A stretch of DNA of 63,967 nt, the filler included, from Dimorphilus gyrociliatus (Eukaryota; Animalia; Annelida), in assembly GCA_904063045.1 (NCBI GenBank). It is 4 parts of 4 records of this genome, joined end to end, with 100 filler letters (N's around TTAATTAATTAA, not from the genome) between each part and the next. Parts side by side here need not be neighbours in the genome. Positions count along the whole stretch, not along the records: positions 21,739 to 40,405 come from CAJFCJ010000012.1; 3 more parts are not named here. The stretch is one strand, 5' to 3'. The position numbers and the translations under genes were made by a program. Position 1 is the first letter of the stretch. The number at the start of each line of letters is the position of its first letter. Positions 24,750-37,082 of the stretch are shown here, piece after piece. Under the pieces are notes generated by a model that did not search any database, was not told the DNA's origin, and worked only from the letters and a program-made list of their open reading frames with translations.

Positions 24750-27700
24750 TAGTATTTTCACATTGCCATGTGTTATTCTATAGAATAACTTTCTTTTTTA
24801 TATGGGACATTCTTTCCAGGTCCCTATCTTTTGCAAAAAATCATCAAAATTGTCCAAGCAACCTTTAATTGATTAAAGGATTTGAATTGTCGTTTAAACT
24901 TTTAGTTGAGCTCTCCTCATAAAAGCTGGTAGTTTTTCCATCGACTCCTACTTCGTTACCTTCAATTTTTGTAATATCAGCTTTTGGAGGAATGATAATC
25001 AGAGACAGAGTTGCTGTTGATGTACAAGGATTGTTAGATTCATCATATACATAGAGTATTATATCATATTTTCCAGAAAATAGAGGTGTCTTTGTTGTTA
25101 TAATTTGATTTGTTCCTTCTTTTATCTTCACACCAATATCCTCATTTCTTCTCCCTATAATCGACATTTCGTATACTAATTTTGAATTCAATCCTATATC
25201 ATCATCTTTGGCAATCACTTTAAAGATTTCTGTACTTTCCGGTATATTTGATTTAATTATTTTGCTTACGTCATCATTTTCAATTGTTGCACAATCATTT
25301 ATATCAGTAACAGTTAACGTTACTATTGTTGATGTTCTATACACTGGAATTCCATTGTCAAAAGCGTCTATTTCTATTATGTATACTCCAGGTTTGAATT
25401 GTTGTTTTGCTATTATTTCACCAGTTGTTCTTTCAATATCCACAGGAATTGATGTTTTCGCAATCTCGTAGTAAACTAGATCAGATTTTCCATAGTCCGT
25501 ATCATTTGCTTGAACAGTAAGTAAAACTTGTTCAATGTTAAAATCTTCGCTAACTTCTGCTGAGTAGTTTAAATTTGAAAAAATAGGTTTTACACTATTA
25601 GGTGTGATAGGTATTGAACAATCGTTGCCTTCGTATTCTCTTGCACATAGACATTTATTAGCACTAATACATTCGCCGTGGTTTGAACAGTCTGATAAAT
25701 CAGTGCAAATTGGTATATTAGAATATTCTCCTTTCCAGAATTGATCACATGTACATTTATTAAATCCTGTACAGTTGCCATGAGATGAGCAATAGTTTAA
25801 TTTTTCACAAGAGAATGTTAAACAGTTGTCAATTTCTGAGTAGCCTTCTTTACATTTACAAAAGTTTGGTGATTGGCAAACGCCATTTGGTGTGCAATCT
25901 TGTTCACAAATTGGTATTGAACAGTTTACACCTTCATAGCCACTGTCGCATTGACATTGGTTATCTGTAATACAGATTCCATTGCCTGAGCAGTCATTGA
26001 CGTTTGGACAGCTGCTTTGTTTACTGCAATTGTCTCCTTCAAATCCTTTATAGCATTTACACCTATTTGGCTGTAGGCATTCTCCGTTTGTGAAACAGGT
26101 ATTCTCGCATATTGGCTGAGCACAGGATGAACCTTTCCAACCTTTATGACATATACACTCTCCAGGAGGGATACAAATACCATTTCCATGGCATTTATTC
26201 TTTGTTTCGCAGTTGTATTCCGAACAATTTTGGCCACCAAATCCCAAATTGCACTTGCAAATTCCGTGATCAATGCATATACCCCTATTCGATCAGCCAT
26301 TTAGACATAAAGCCTTTTCCGAACAGTTCTGACTTGTCCATCCTTTGTTACATTGACAAACATCAACATCTACACAGAGACCTTTGTTGGAACAATTTCC
26401 ATTGCATTCTGCTTTAATATCACAAAACGAACCAATAAAACCAAGATTACATTTGCAAAAACCATTTTCGCATTTGCCTTCAATACATTTTTCACATGTT
26501 CCATATTGGCAACTACTACCAGACCAACCATCTATACAGAAGCAAAACCATCTATACAACTACCCCTATCTGAACACTGATTTTCACATAGTAAACCTTG
26601 CAAACTTGTTTGTTTACTGAGACTTTCATCACCAGTTATTACAACGTCATAAACGCATTGATCTTTCATTAAATCTGTCATTTCCCCTTCACCGATAGAG
26701 CAAATTTCTTTTGCTCTGTTAATTGCCTTTTGCGTAAATCCAGTTAGTGATATAATTGGTGTGTGAGTAATATCAATATAAGATTTATCAATTGAATCAT
26801 CTTTATGAAAGTCAGTATCTGACCAAGAATTTAATAATCCTCCATTATTGCGAATTGTTATATTGATTCTCCAAGATTCAACAAATTCATTCGATGATTG
26901 AAATATAGATTGATTGCTTCCAGTGAAATCATCATCAGGGTTATTATTCATCACTCTGCACAATCCCGATGTTTTATTCATCATTTCTTTTACCGATGTT
27001 AAAGATGTACTTAGATATTGTCTTCTCATTGATGAACTGTAAAAAGCGTCTATGAAGAGTGACGCTCCATTTTTATGTTTTAAAGATAATAGTAAAACAG
27101 TTGGATTTGATTTTTTAACATTATTCGAAGTGATCGATATATCTAGTCTAATTGTTTTATTGTCAAACAATAAACTAGTGTTCAGTTGATCATTTGTTAG
27201 AATGGCTCCATCCAAGCGATTGATAGGTAAATCGTCTATAGAACTTTTGGGTATTGTTGTTATCGTTAATACAGAAGTTTTTCCAACTTTAAGAGCAATT
27301 TGACCTATAAATGATGTCCTCTTAAAGCCAAACAGTCTGTATTGATATGATAGAAACTCTGATTTACAACCCCAAAATTGTCCAATTCCAAAAAAATCAA
27401 AATTTCTTCCATCTATTGTCTGAAAATGTGGATCTCCCCAATTTCTGTTTGGGACTGACCTTTCGCAATGTTTTCCTGTAGATCCTTGTGTACACGAACA
27501 CTTTGCCGAACAATTTTCATCCAATTGACATGTGCCGCCATTTTGACACTCACTACAATCTGGTTTCTTGCAATCTTCTCCTTTTCTTCCCTCAGCGAGA
27601 CACTTAACGCCACACTCTTTTTTGTCTTCCTTATCGTTTGATTGAGGACTGGAAAGTAATTTCCAAAGAGAAAACAGCTTTAAAAAGGTTGTAAACACTG

Positions 27701-27969
27701 TTTTAAGCCTACCTCTTCACTGCTGTTGAACTACCTGAAATTTTCTTTGATAAGGAAAATTCAATGAAAAGGATTTTAATAGATCCAAAAAATTCCCAAG
27801 GACCCAGACTAAAACCAAGTTTAAATAGTTTTCTTTTAATCATACACGTCTGTGAACTACATCTGCCAGCAGCAAATCTAATTGTTCTAGATAGATTACC
27901 CTGGATTTTGACATTTGACCTCTGTAGATAATAGAAAATCTGAATCAAGTACTCTTTTATAAATCTCAA
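24750..27969 (-). pseudogene. EGF-VWD-multi-EGF-2x cadherin surface protein (VWDE-like with cadherin repeats), disabled
   Basis: VWD (NWGDPHFQTIDG..SGLC..NNPDDDF), about 10 EGF repeats, two cadherin repeats (VQANDTDYG, AFDNGIP, DIND, IAKDDDIGLNS). Frameshift at about 26550 (GGT TTT GCT lacks one T), in-frame TGA 26295-93 at a Cys position, further shift at about 27700. Confidence 0.8.
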
Positions 27970-28444
27970 ATGTTTTTATTTATTTAATCAATCTTTTTGA
28001 GTTGAAATATTCCCTCATATCAGACTAATAAAGATTAAATCCAATTTGTATACGATTATCCAAATTTAAATTGAAAATTCTTCAATAGTTATACATTTTA
28101 GTTGGTCACTGTGATATTGTTAATCTAATGTTTCTCATATATGATATTCCAGTAGAGAATTGCAAAATAACTAGAAATGTATAATACTTTTCCAAACTAT
28201 TAAAGAAGTTTATTATCTGAAAATTCAAGTGAAGGGTGATGATAAAATACCAACTTTTTGTTATTTTTTAGTGCTAAGTTATACATCTTATCTACTGCCT
28301 TTCCTCTTCAATACCTGAATAGTTGTAAAAATGGAGGAGAAAGATAAAAATTATAAATTTTTTATTGATGATCAAGATAGCAAAAGTAATATTTGTATAA
28401 AAAGGCAAGGATTATATTGTTTTTGAAGAATTCCAGCAAGAAAG

Positions 28445-30411
28445 ATGAAACTTTTATTCACAATTACTTTAATTGGTAGGTCTTTAATTCCTTTATAAAA
28501 TAATTTTGAATAATTAACAAACTATTTGCTAAACCTTGTTAACTTTTTTGCATTAGTATCATTGGTGGAATGGAACTATGCAAATTTTGTTTGTCCAGTT
28601 AATTCTGAATTAAAACCAGTAGATGGTTCATATCCTGACCCAGAATTTTGTGGAATTTATTATCATTACATTAATGGTACAGCTCATCCTCAACAATGTC
28701 CACCTGGACTTTTGTTTACAATTTCTCTAACTAATTGTAAATATTCTTTGTGTGTTGAACCACATTTGGCTGATTGTCCAGGTGGAAGTTCATCAGAAAC
28801 GATTTTGTCAGATTATGCTCCGGAATGCTCTAAAACTGGTGACGTAGTGAATACATTTGAGAAACCGTGCTACATGAAAAATGATGATTGTGAAGATGGT
28901 CAAAATGGAACGTCCCTAATAAAAACGATTGTAGACAATACTATCATTGTAATAATGGAGTTGCTTGGCCTCAGCAATGTCCCCAAGGCTATTTCTTTAG
29001 TCCATCATTAAATATCCGCGAATGTTCGGCAAGAGTATGTGTTTCTGCCGAAGAATTGCAATGTCCTGTGCCTGGAGGATGGTCCGAATGATCAGAATGG
29101 GGTAGATGTGAACCAGACTGAGGAGATGGTTTAAGAACCCGAACAAGAACTTGTACAAATCCACCCCCTTCAAATGGGGGAGATGAATGTCCAGGAAGTT
29201 CAGTAGATGTTGAATTTTGTTTAAATCCTCCTTGCGATTTAAAGAAAAAACCTGCATTTATGGTTTCATTGAGCAGGACCACAAAAATGATAAGGTCATA
29301 TGGCACAGAGTAAATTATGATAATGGAAATTTATTCAATGCATCTACAAATGAATTGAATATAGTTGAAAATGGTTTTTATTATCTTTCAAATACTGCCA
29401 CTTCACATGTTAATAGTGTAACAAATTTCTTATTAAGAGGTAACAAATTGGGCGTTGAAGTTGGTCTTTCTCAAGAAAAAAGCCATTATAGGGACACTTT
29501 TTACTAGATCTGGAATATATTCTCTAACTTCTCTCTCAAAGCCAGATATTTCGTCAGATTTTGCTGTGAGAGCTATTGGCACTCAACTTGGCTCTGAAAC
29601 ATCTTGGTCAGGTTTCATGTGCGAATCTGATAATGTATTTTTTGTTGGAACAGATATAGCTTTTTTCAACTTGAGAAATCAAATACCACTTCCTAAGGTT
29701 GTTTCTCTAAGAGGTGCATCTATAAATAGTGCCAGAACAGAATTAACAGTATTGTCAAAGGGATGGTATTTTATTCATTTTGGTACAGGTTTTCAAACTT
29801 TCACTAGAGGTGTAGTAAGCCTAACACTAAATGGTGTTTCAATATCCTTTGAGAGATCTATAGTAAAAGATCATACAAGCTCACGAAAAAATCAAGCATC
29901 TAGAGGAATTATTATAGAACTTAATGAAATGGATAGAATATCATTAACATTAATTGAAGGAATGTCAAGATCAAGTGTTTTGTATACCTATATAGCAGGA
30001 TTTCAATTAACTGCAACTGTTGAAACTCCAGCATTTTATGCCTACAGAACGACAAATTTAACAACATTTAGAAGAGTAAAAATTGGTTATGATGAAGTTG
30101 TTCTGGACACAAATTCTGCATGGAATTCTTCGGATAATACATACAAGGTTGCAGTTTCGGGTTTATATCACATTGATGTATCTGTTGGAACAATGCCAGT
30201 TACACAAGCAGTAGTACGTGTAATGGTAAATGCTACACAACAGTTATCAATGCAAAGAGTGAGACCTAGATCTGGAGTTGAAAGTATGAGTAGAGGTGGA
30301 TTATTGAAATTGGAACAGGGTGATATCTTATCAATTGAGACAACATATAATCTTCATAGTGATCGTTGGAAAATGACATCATTGGCGTTGTTTTATGTTT
30401 CATCATTATGA
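28445..30411 (+). pseudogene. Secreted CBM14-CBM14-TSP1-C1q x3 protein, disabled
   Basis: Spliced signal peptide MKLLFTITLI|VSLVEWNYA (intron 28476-28556); two peritrophin-A domains (GSYPDPEFCGIYY..CPPGLLF; CRQYYHCNNG..CPQGYFF); TSP1 GGWSE*SEWGRCEPD*GDGLRTRTRTCTNPPPSNGGDECPG; three C1q units (PAFMVS, VFFVG, PAFYAY..SGLYHIDV). TGA at 29089 and 29119, plus frameshifts. Confidence 0.8.
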
Positions 30412-31180
30412 AATACATTTTTATTATCTTGATAAAAATTTTTATGCATCACCTTACACACGCACAGGTCACGTGTTCTTATATCAAAATATGACATTTT
30501 GTATTCTAAATTTCTTGAAAATACAAAAACTGCAAAGTAGAAATTCCTTACAAAATTCTGTCATAAATACATATTTCAAAATATTTTGTTTTTTGTCATT
30601 TTCTAGATTTTGTTTTATGCTTAAATTACTTTCCCTATCAACTTTACCTACACCAATTTCTAGTCCATTTCCATCAGTCAGTAATATAGGAAATCTGGCA
30701 TTCTCACTAAGACAACTACAGGCTAGAATGTCATTGTTGTCCAGCTGGCATTTCATCAAGAATGGATCAAATCAAATGAATATAATACGACATTATTAGA
30801 GAGACAAGTAAAAATGTTATATTTATCCTTGTTAATCAAGAATTAAACAAGCAAAAGTGCACTCTTCAGACAGAGAGGCTGATAAACAATCATTTTTAAA
30901 GTAACACTTAATTAAAATTCTGCTTCAAGGGGGTCTTAAATTATTATTCATAAATTACTACAAGATAATATGTTAGTTATCAAACTATTCAAGTTTTTCA
31001 TGTTCAAGAGAATAAATTCTTAAAAAAATTCCCTGAAAAAGTTGTCTTGTTCATTTTACTGCAAAACAGCTTTATGAAGAATTGTGTGCCTTATTTTTAT
31101 TGTGCTAAAACTCTTGCTAAATTATCTCACAGTAAAGAAATTGTATTGCAATCTAGGTCAAATACTATTAATTTTTATTT

Positions 31181-32807
31181 TCAATCTCTTTTTGCTTTGA
31201 AAAAGCTAAAACACTTTATTAAACAAAATTTGGAAAATAGCTTTTTAATTAACCAAATAATTAAAAAACATAAAATTACTAAAATTAGAAATAAATCTAT
31301 ATTATAAAGTGTATAGGTTGGCATATCCATTGCAGAATGTCTTAAATGACTACCACCAAACTTTAATACATGATTTATCCAGTATACAGCTTTGTCTAAT
31401 GGTTTTGGTTTGAGAGATTTGAGAAGGGAGGACACTCTCTTGGCTGATTTTACATATGAATTATCATTCACCATTTTAGCTATGTATTCTTTTAGGAATG
31501 ACATATCTTTTGTATGAAAAGGTAAAATTTCCGACATTCCGTGTCTCTTCAAACGAACTGAATTGTCTATAGCATCTGCCGGAAGTGGAATAGTCAAAAC
31601 TGGAACACCATGATACATAGATTCATATATGGAATTAAGACCACCATGAGATATAAATAGAACGCAGCTTTCTTTAGCTAGAAGATAGGTTTGAGGAATC
31701 CATTTAAAAGTATGAATATTTGGATAATCTTTATCCAATTTGCATTTTAATGACCAAACCCAGTGAATATCTGAAAATTCAATAAGAATTTTATAAATAT
31801 TTGCCAATAATTTTGGATGACTGCAAAAATCTAAAGAACTTCCAAAAGCAATTATACCAAATCTGCAAAATTAACACTTAAATTAAATATTTAACCAAAG
31901 TGTTTATTTACTTTTTAGATGAAATTTCATCAAATTTAGGATCAATATTTGTCACATTTATTGGTTGAGATGCTAAAATACCACCAACTTGTATTATATT
32001 TGGAGTCAGAGGACGAGGAAATTCAAATATTGGATCTGAGTTTACAAGAAATATTTGAGCTTGTTGTCGAATTGTTGTTAAACTTTTCTCAGGTGAAATT
32101 TTCAATTCTGCTTTTAATTTCTCAAAATTTTTATCCATTACCACCATAAAAAGGGATAGAAAGATATTGGATATAACACTTTTCACTCTATCAACAACTG
32201 TCATTCTATCATTTAAATGACTAAGGAATGTTGGAACCCATGACATTGGTGATGGTACAACAGCTTGTGAATATGTACAGTAGGAAGTACATTCAAAGAC
32301 AACAAATGGTTTTTTATACTTTTCTGCCAATAAGAAACCACAAAAGTAAAAATAATCTACTACGAATAAATCAAATTCATCTAGTCTTTTTTCAATAGTT
32401 GGATCAGCCAACATTTCTTTACAATCATCAAGAAAACCATCCCACATTGGTTTGAAATTTTTATCCATAGATAGTTAAGATACATTTTGATATAACATTT
32501 CAACCTTAGCCCTATTCATACTTTCACCAATCAGCTCAACAGCTTCTTCAGAAAGTGGTGAATGTACGTCAAATAGTGAAATATTACCCGGATTATCAAT
32601 TCGAACAGTTCCTTGACGTAGAATACTAACTTTATGTCGAGATGTAATTAAACCTTTCCCAAGGACAACCATATTATCGGCATGACTCTTTGATAAGTAC
32701 TTGGTAACTGGAGGTGTTAAAAGCAACAAATTTGATGTCAAAACTAAAGTGAACAGTTGGCTTGTAATCAATATCCAAATAAGCAGTTTTTTAAAACTAA
32801 TAAACAT
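31181..32807 (-). pseudogene. UDP-glucuronosyl/glycosyltransferase (UGT family) with one in-frame stop
   Basis: Signal peptide, UGT signature WIPQTYLL..FISHGGLNSIYESMYHGVPVLTIPLPADAIDN, C-terminal TM and KAKRD ER-retrieval tail; 49-nt intron 31911-31863; in-frame TAA 32477-75 (YQNVS*LSMDK). Confidence 0.85.
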
Positions 32808-33573
32808 TCTTTAAAAAGACTATTCCCAAATGAAAAAAGAATGAAATTAAGCATAGAGACAAAGTTAATATTTGTTTTTAATTGATAAAAATCACTATCT
32901 ATCTATTTTCAACTGATTATATAGAAAAAACTGATTATTATATAGAACAGTTAAGTAGTACTATTTATAATTCTAGTTTACTTGGTATCATAAAATATTG
33001 ATTTATAATAGGACAAGAGAAATTCAATAATTTAATGATAGAAAATCATCAAACAAAGATAACATAAATCTACAATCTAAATTAATATGTCACTATTTTT
33101 AAGTGTATAAACTATATCATAAATATTTTCTTTTAATCCAGTTTACAAAATGGCGACAATTTTTCCATAATGAGGACAAAAATTTTCCCAGGGACGATTT
33201 ATCCCATAAACACTCAATTTTAATAGCATTTAATCCATTCTAAAAGTATTTACTCACAAGATAAACTAATGCTTAAAGAAATAGTTTTTTGAACAAAATT
33301 AAGCTCCTTGACGGTTTAATGGACACTATTCATAGTTGTGAACATATTTTTAATCCCTATGTACTTGTATTTCAACGAGCACCTGGAATGATTTAATTCT
33401 ATAGGCATTTTTGTATGGAATGGTTGTCAAAACAATTAGTATGGTACCAGTTTAATAGTTACAGTATAAGACAGTTCTAATATTGCATTATAGCAAATAA
33501 AGTGGTTGTATAAAAATATAAAAAATAAAAGATATATAGTTGTACTTTTTTGAAAAGATTAAATAAGTTGAAG

Positions 33574-33972
33574 ATGAGTAAGAAAGTCTTTGAGTACTGT
33601 TTATTAACTTTATATCTCTTAAATCAATTTCTCTGTGTTGATGGAATAGAATGCTATAACTGTGATTCATTTGATAATGATTTCTGTGCGGATGGTATAA
33701 ATGGTAATGATTTATCAAAGAATCTTGATAAATGTACAGGAGAGTCTTGTTTTAAGCAAAAATATTCTTTTGGCTATGGATTCCAAGATGTAATAAGAGG
33801 TTGCCATAACATAATTGTACCAACAAATAGCTGTGTAGAAAGAGAATATTATAAATTTGGAGAACAGTTCTCATGCTCATGTACAACATCATATTGCAAT
33901 GAAACAGTTATTATAGCTGGATGCAATATACTTTTAATCTTTATATATTTCTTACAATTATTATTAAAGTGA
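33574..33972 (+). CDS. Ly6/uPAR (LU, quiver-like) GPI-anchored protein 1
   Basis: Signal peptide, IECYNC..C..C..SCFK..RGC..C..CSCTTSYCN, hydrophobic C-terminal GPI signal. Confidence 0.85.
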   Translation: MSKKVFEYCLLTLYLLNQFLCVDGIECYNCDSFDNDFCADGINGNDLSKNLDKCTGESCFKQKYSFGYGFQDVIRGCHNIIVPTNSCVEREYYKFGEQFSCSCTTSYCNETVIIAGCNILLIFIYFLQLLLK

Positions 33973-34133
33973 ATTAATCCAATAAATCAATTTTTTTTGT
34001 ATAGATAGCCTGTTTCAGCCTATTTCTGGCTGTTGTCACACAATATGATAATCTTAATAATGTTAATCACCTAACAACAATTGTTAATTCTCCAATGTTT
34101 TCTATGTCAGATCATTTGTAAGATATTTTCAAA

Positions 34134-34526
34134 ATGAATATATCTTTAATATCTATTGCTGTTTTCGTGATACTTTTACCTTTTACAGTGAAAGTATTAG
34201 GAAAAGTTGTTTGTTATGAATGCGAAAATTGTTTTGATGAGTATATTTATTTAAATAATACTTGTATTGGTGAGGTGTGTTTTAAGAGGAAAATAAAGGA
34301 TAACATTAATTCTTGGAGAACAATCATTAGGAGAGGATGCAAAAATAAAATATTTTGGTCAAATAATACTTGTAGAAGTACAACTCGTGGAGGAAAACGT
34401 ACCCATAACAGTGATCATGATATAGAAATTACCTATTGCAATTGTATAACTGATAAATGTAATGATAGTACTAAATTTTATATCAATAATTCTTTGTTTT
34501 TGACAATGTTACTGTCGTTACTATAA
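34134..34526 (+). CDS. Ly6/uPAR (LU, quiver-like) GPI-anchored protein 2
   Basis: Signal peptide, VVCYECENC..C..VCFK..RRGC..C..YCNCITDKCN, hydrophobic tail. Confidence 0.85.
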   Translation: MNISLISIAVFVILLPFTVKVLGKVVCYECENCFDEYIYLNNTCIGEVCFKRKIKDNINSWRTIIRRGCKNKIFWSNNTCRSTTRGGKRTHNSDHDIEITYCNCITDKCNDSTKFYINNSLFLTMLLSLL

Positions 34527-34904
34527 TATTGTTGACAGCTTCTTTACAATAAAAATTGGTTTTATTATTTTGTTATAATATGTCTTGTTTTCACTATAAA
34601 ATAAAACAATTGCAGGTATGACAGGTGGCTCCTTCTTCTTGGTCTCAGCAGACAATTTATTGTCAACTTTATCCCTGAAGAGTAGCCTATAAATTTGACA
34701 TTTCCTCGTTCAAATTACCTGGAAATCTGTTATATTGATATTAATCATAAATAATAGATAATTATAAGAGAAAATGTCCATTAATTCATCAGAAAATTCA
34801 TTAAATTATTCATTGTGTATATCTGCTTAATCACTGTGAATGAAAAAGTCTTATTTTCTTTTCTTTTTTTTTCATTTATGCTTTTGAATTAAAAGGATTT
34901 AGAA

Positions 34905-35831
34905 ATGAATGAATCCAATATTGGTTTTCAAATTATATACGATTTGAATAATATTGAAGATTTCGCTTATAAAATAATGATATTTTTTATATTAACTGTT
35001 GGAATAATTCTATCAAGTTTAGTTATCTTCCTCTTTTTAAAATTTAAAGTTATTAGAAAATCTTGTGGATATTTTACTTTTTGTTTAACGATTAATCACA
35101 CTTTATTAGCTTTATGGTTATTTTTTCTAAATATAAGCATAGCGACAGGATATCTTAATCAAGTATTGGAATTGCCCCTGGTTTGTGCGTTCATGTTTAC
35201 GCTTTTCAATTCGGTTAATATTCAATCCCAAATCAATATTTTGGGTTTGTTTATAACCAGATATTTATCAATAAGATTTCCGTTCAAATATAATTATTTT
35301 TGCCAATCGAAAATTCAAAATATGGCAATAATTTTTGTGAATTTGTTGAGTTGTGTCATTTCGTGTATTCCTGCAATAATACCAAAAGGGAAATCATCAA
35401 TTTGCTATGGTAACATTTCAATTGGAAAATCATCTGTAATAGTTATTTCTTTCTTCTCTTTTGGACCAATTTTACCATCATTATTATGTCATTTTCTGAC
35501 ATTATCATTAGCTAAAAAACATGCAAGATCTATGGAAAATCAAATGCATACTGGCCAATCTATATCAAAATCTTCAAAGATAACATTTTGTAAACTAATG
35601 TTGATTATTGTGTTATGGATATTCTATGCAATTCTTATTAAACACATCAGTTTAGATACCAATGCTATATCTTTTAAGAATATCATTCTTGTACAATTTA
35701 TCCTAATTTCTCCTATTGTTATCATTCCACTGATAATATTGATAAGTAATTCTCATATAAAATTTTTTATGAGAAATTCTTTCAAATCTAGAATATTTCC
35801 AAGAATTAGAAACGATATTGAACAACACTAG
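34905..35831 (+). CDS. Intronless orphan rhodopsin-class GPCR (308 aa)
   Basis: Seven hydrophobic segments; ITRYLSIRFPFKY (DRY-equivalent followed by the P-F-x-Y loop). Confidence 0.8.
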   Translation: MNESNIGFQIIYDLNNIEDFAYKIMIFFILTVGIILSSLVIFLFLKFKVIRKSCGYFTFCLTINHTLLALWLFFLNISIATGYLNQVLELPLVCAFMFTLFNSVNIQSQINILGLFITRYLSIRFPFKYNYFCQSKIQNMAIIFVNLLSCVISCIPAIIPKGKSSICYGNISIGKSSVIVISFFSFGPILPSLLCHFLTLSLAKKHARSMENQMHTGQSISKSSKITFCKLMLIIVLWIFYAILIKHISLDTNAISFKNIILVQFILISPIVIIPLIILISNSHIKFFMRNSFKSRIFPRIRNDIEQH

Positions 35832-36749
35832 ACCAAGAACCATACTAACAGGTCAGCTTCACCTATAATATACTGTATATATTTCTTTTATTTTCTTCTT
35901 TTTAATCATCAATCTTTCTTTCATTGTTAAGTTTTAATGATTTTGATATATTCAAAGACCTATTGAGATTTCTTTCTTACTTTGTGGAAGTTTTCTCCTA
36001 CACTGAAAAGTTTCAATTTTCTAAAAGCTTAAATTTTTCATGTTTCATTGTTACTCTATGAAAAAATTACATGTTTTTGTGTCTACTCGGAGTGATGATT
36101 CCTGAAACCTACCGCTAAAGATATTTGATTTTCAATACAGTTTTCATCTAAATACTTAACCAAATGATAAAATGTCTTTTTCATCCAAATTCTCTTCAAG
36201 ATTGCATAAAGTCTTTTCGCAATTTAACATACTTTTGTTGTTTTCTGTTGAAGACTTTTTTTTACAAGTATACCAACTAAGATTTTATAATTACTAGGGT
36301 AACTTACCTTGAATGATTTTGTGCTAAATGATATATTCTCATTATTTGATATCTCAAAAGAATGACAAAATAAAATTGCTGTTATTACAGATTTTGCCAT
36401 AATTAAAATGTTTTCAGTATTGAATAATAGATGGTCAGTTTTAGATATTTCTATTTATTCTATTTCTATAATTCACCATAAGAATAATAGAACCAGGGTT
36501 TGTCCCTTTTATTACTGTTTGACTTTCTCAAAAATCAACTTTGAAAGGATATTTCGGTTTGTCTCATTAACAAAGAATACTTATTTCCAGGTGCACCATT
36601 TGCCCCATATTTACCATAACAATATCGGAATTATATTGAACAATGTCAAAGCTATAGACAATGATAATTTGAAACTCACTTGAATAATTACTACGTCTGC
36701 AACTTTTCCTATTAACCCTAAACCTAACCCATCACTGAATAAACAATAC

Positions 36750-37082
36750 ACAGGCTTTTTATAAGATTTGGTTCTCGCTTATATTACGAAATTGCGAACA
36801 ATTTAAATTAAAATTGTATTTTAGGTACTCTTGGTCTCTCACATCGTTCAATTACATTCACTCCCTTTTATACCTTGCTAGCGTTACTTAATTGGGTGTT
36901 TGACGGTGCTCATCTGTGTTGCCACCTTCGTGCCACATCGTACCACGTCGTTATTTACCTGGTGATTTCACATCAAGTTAACTGGACTATCCCGGCTTTA
37001 GGCTAAGTCAAACTCCCTTCTTAAGTGACGCTCACATACTGACATACATTCACTGACTCACATTCACTTATAACATGTAACA
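36750..37082 (-). mobile_element. Solo LTR related to the BEL/Pao element's 3' LTR (about 62008-62330)
   Basis: Reverse complement begins TGTTACA and shares GAGCGTCACTTAAGAAGGGAGTTTGACTTAGCC, CAGATGAGCAC.GTCAAACACCCAATTAAGT and GGGAGTGAATGTAAT with 62057-62330. No TSD found. Confidence 0.85.

Noticed and set aside
25208-27613. Multiple overlapping alternative-frame and antisense ORFs over the EGF/cadherin gene
   Set aside because: Shadow ORFs from Cys-rich repetitive codon usage; no independent motifs. The same applies to shadows over the mariner, Penelope and BEL ORFs.
26293-29121. In-frame TGA at Cys/Trp positions as selenocysteine or UGA recoding
   Set aside because: The same genes have frameshifts and other lost cysteines; TAA and TAG lesions occur in neighbours; intact genes use TGA as a normal stop; no SECIS seen.
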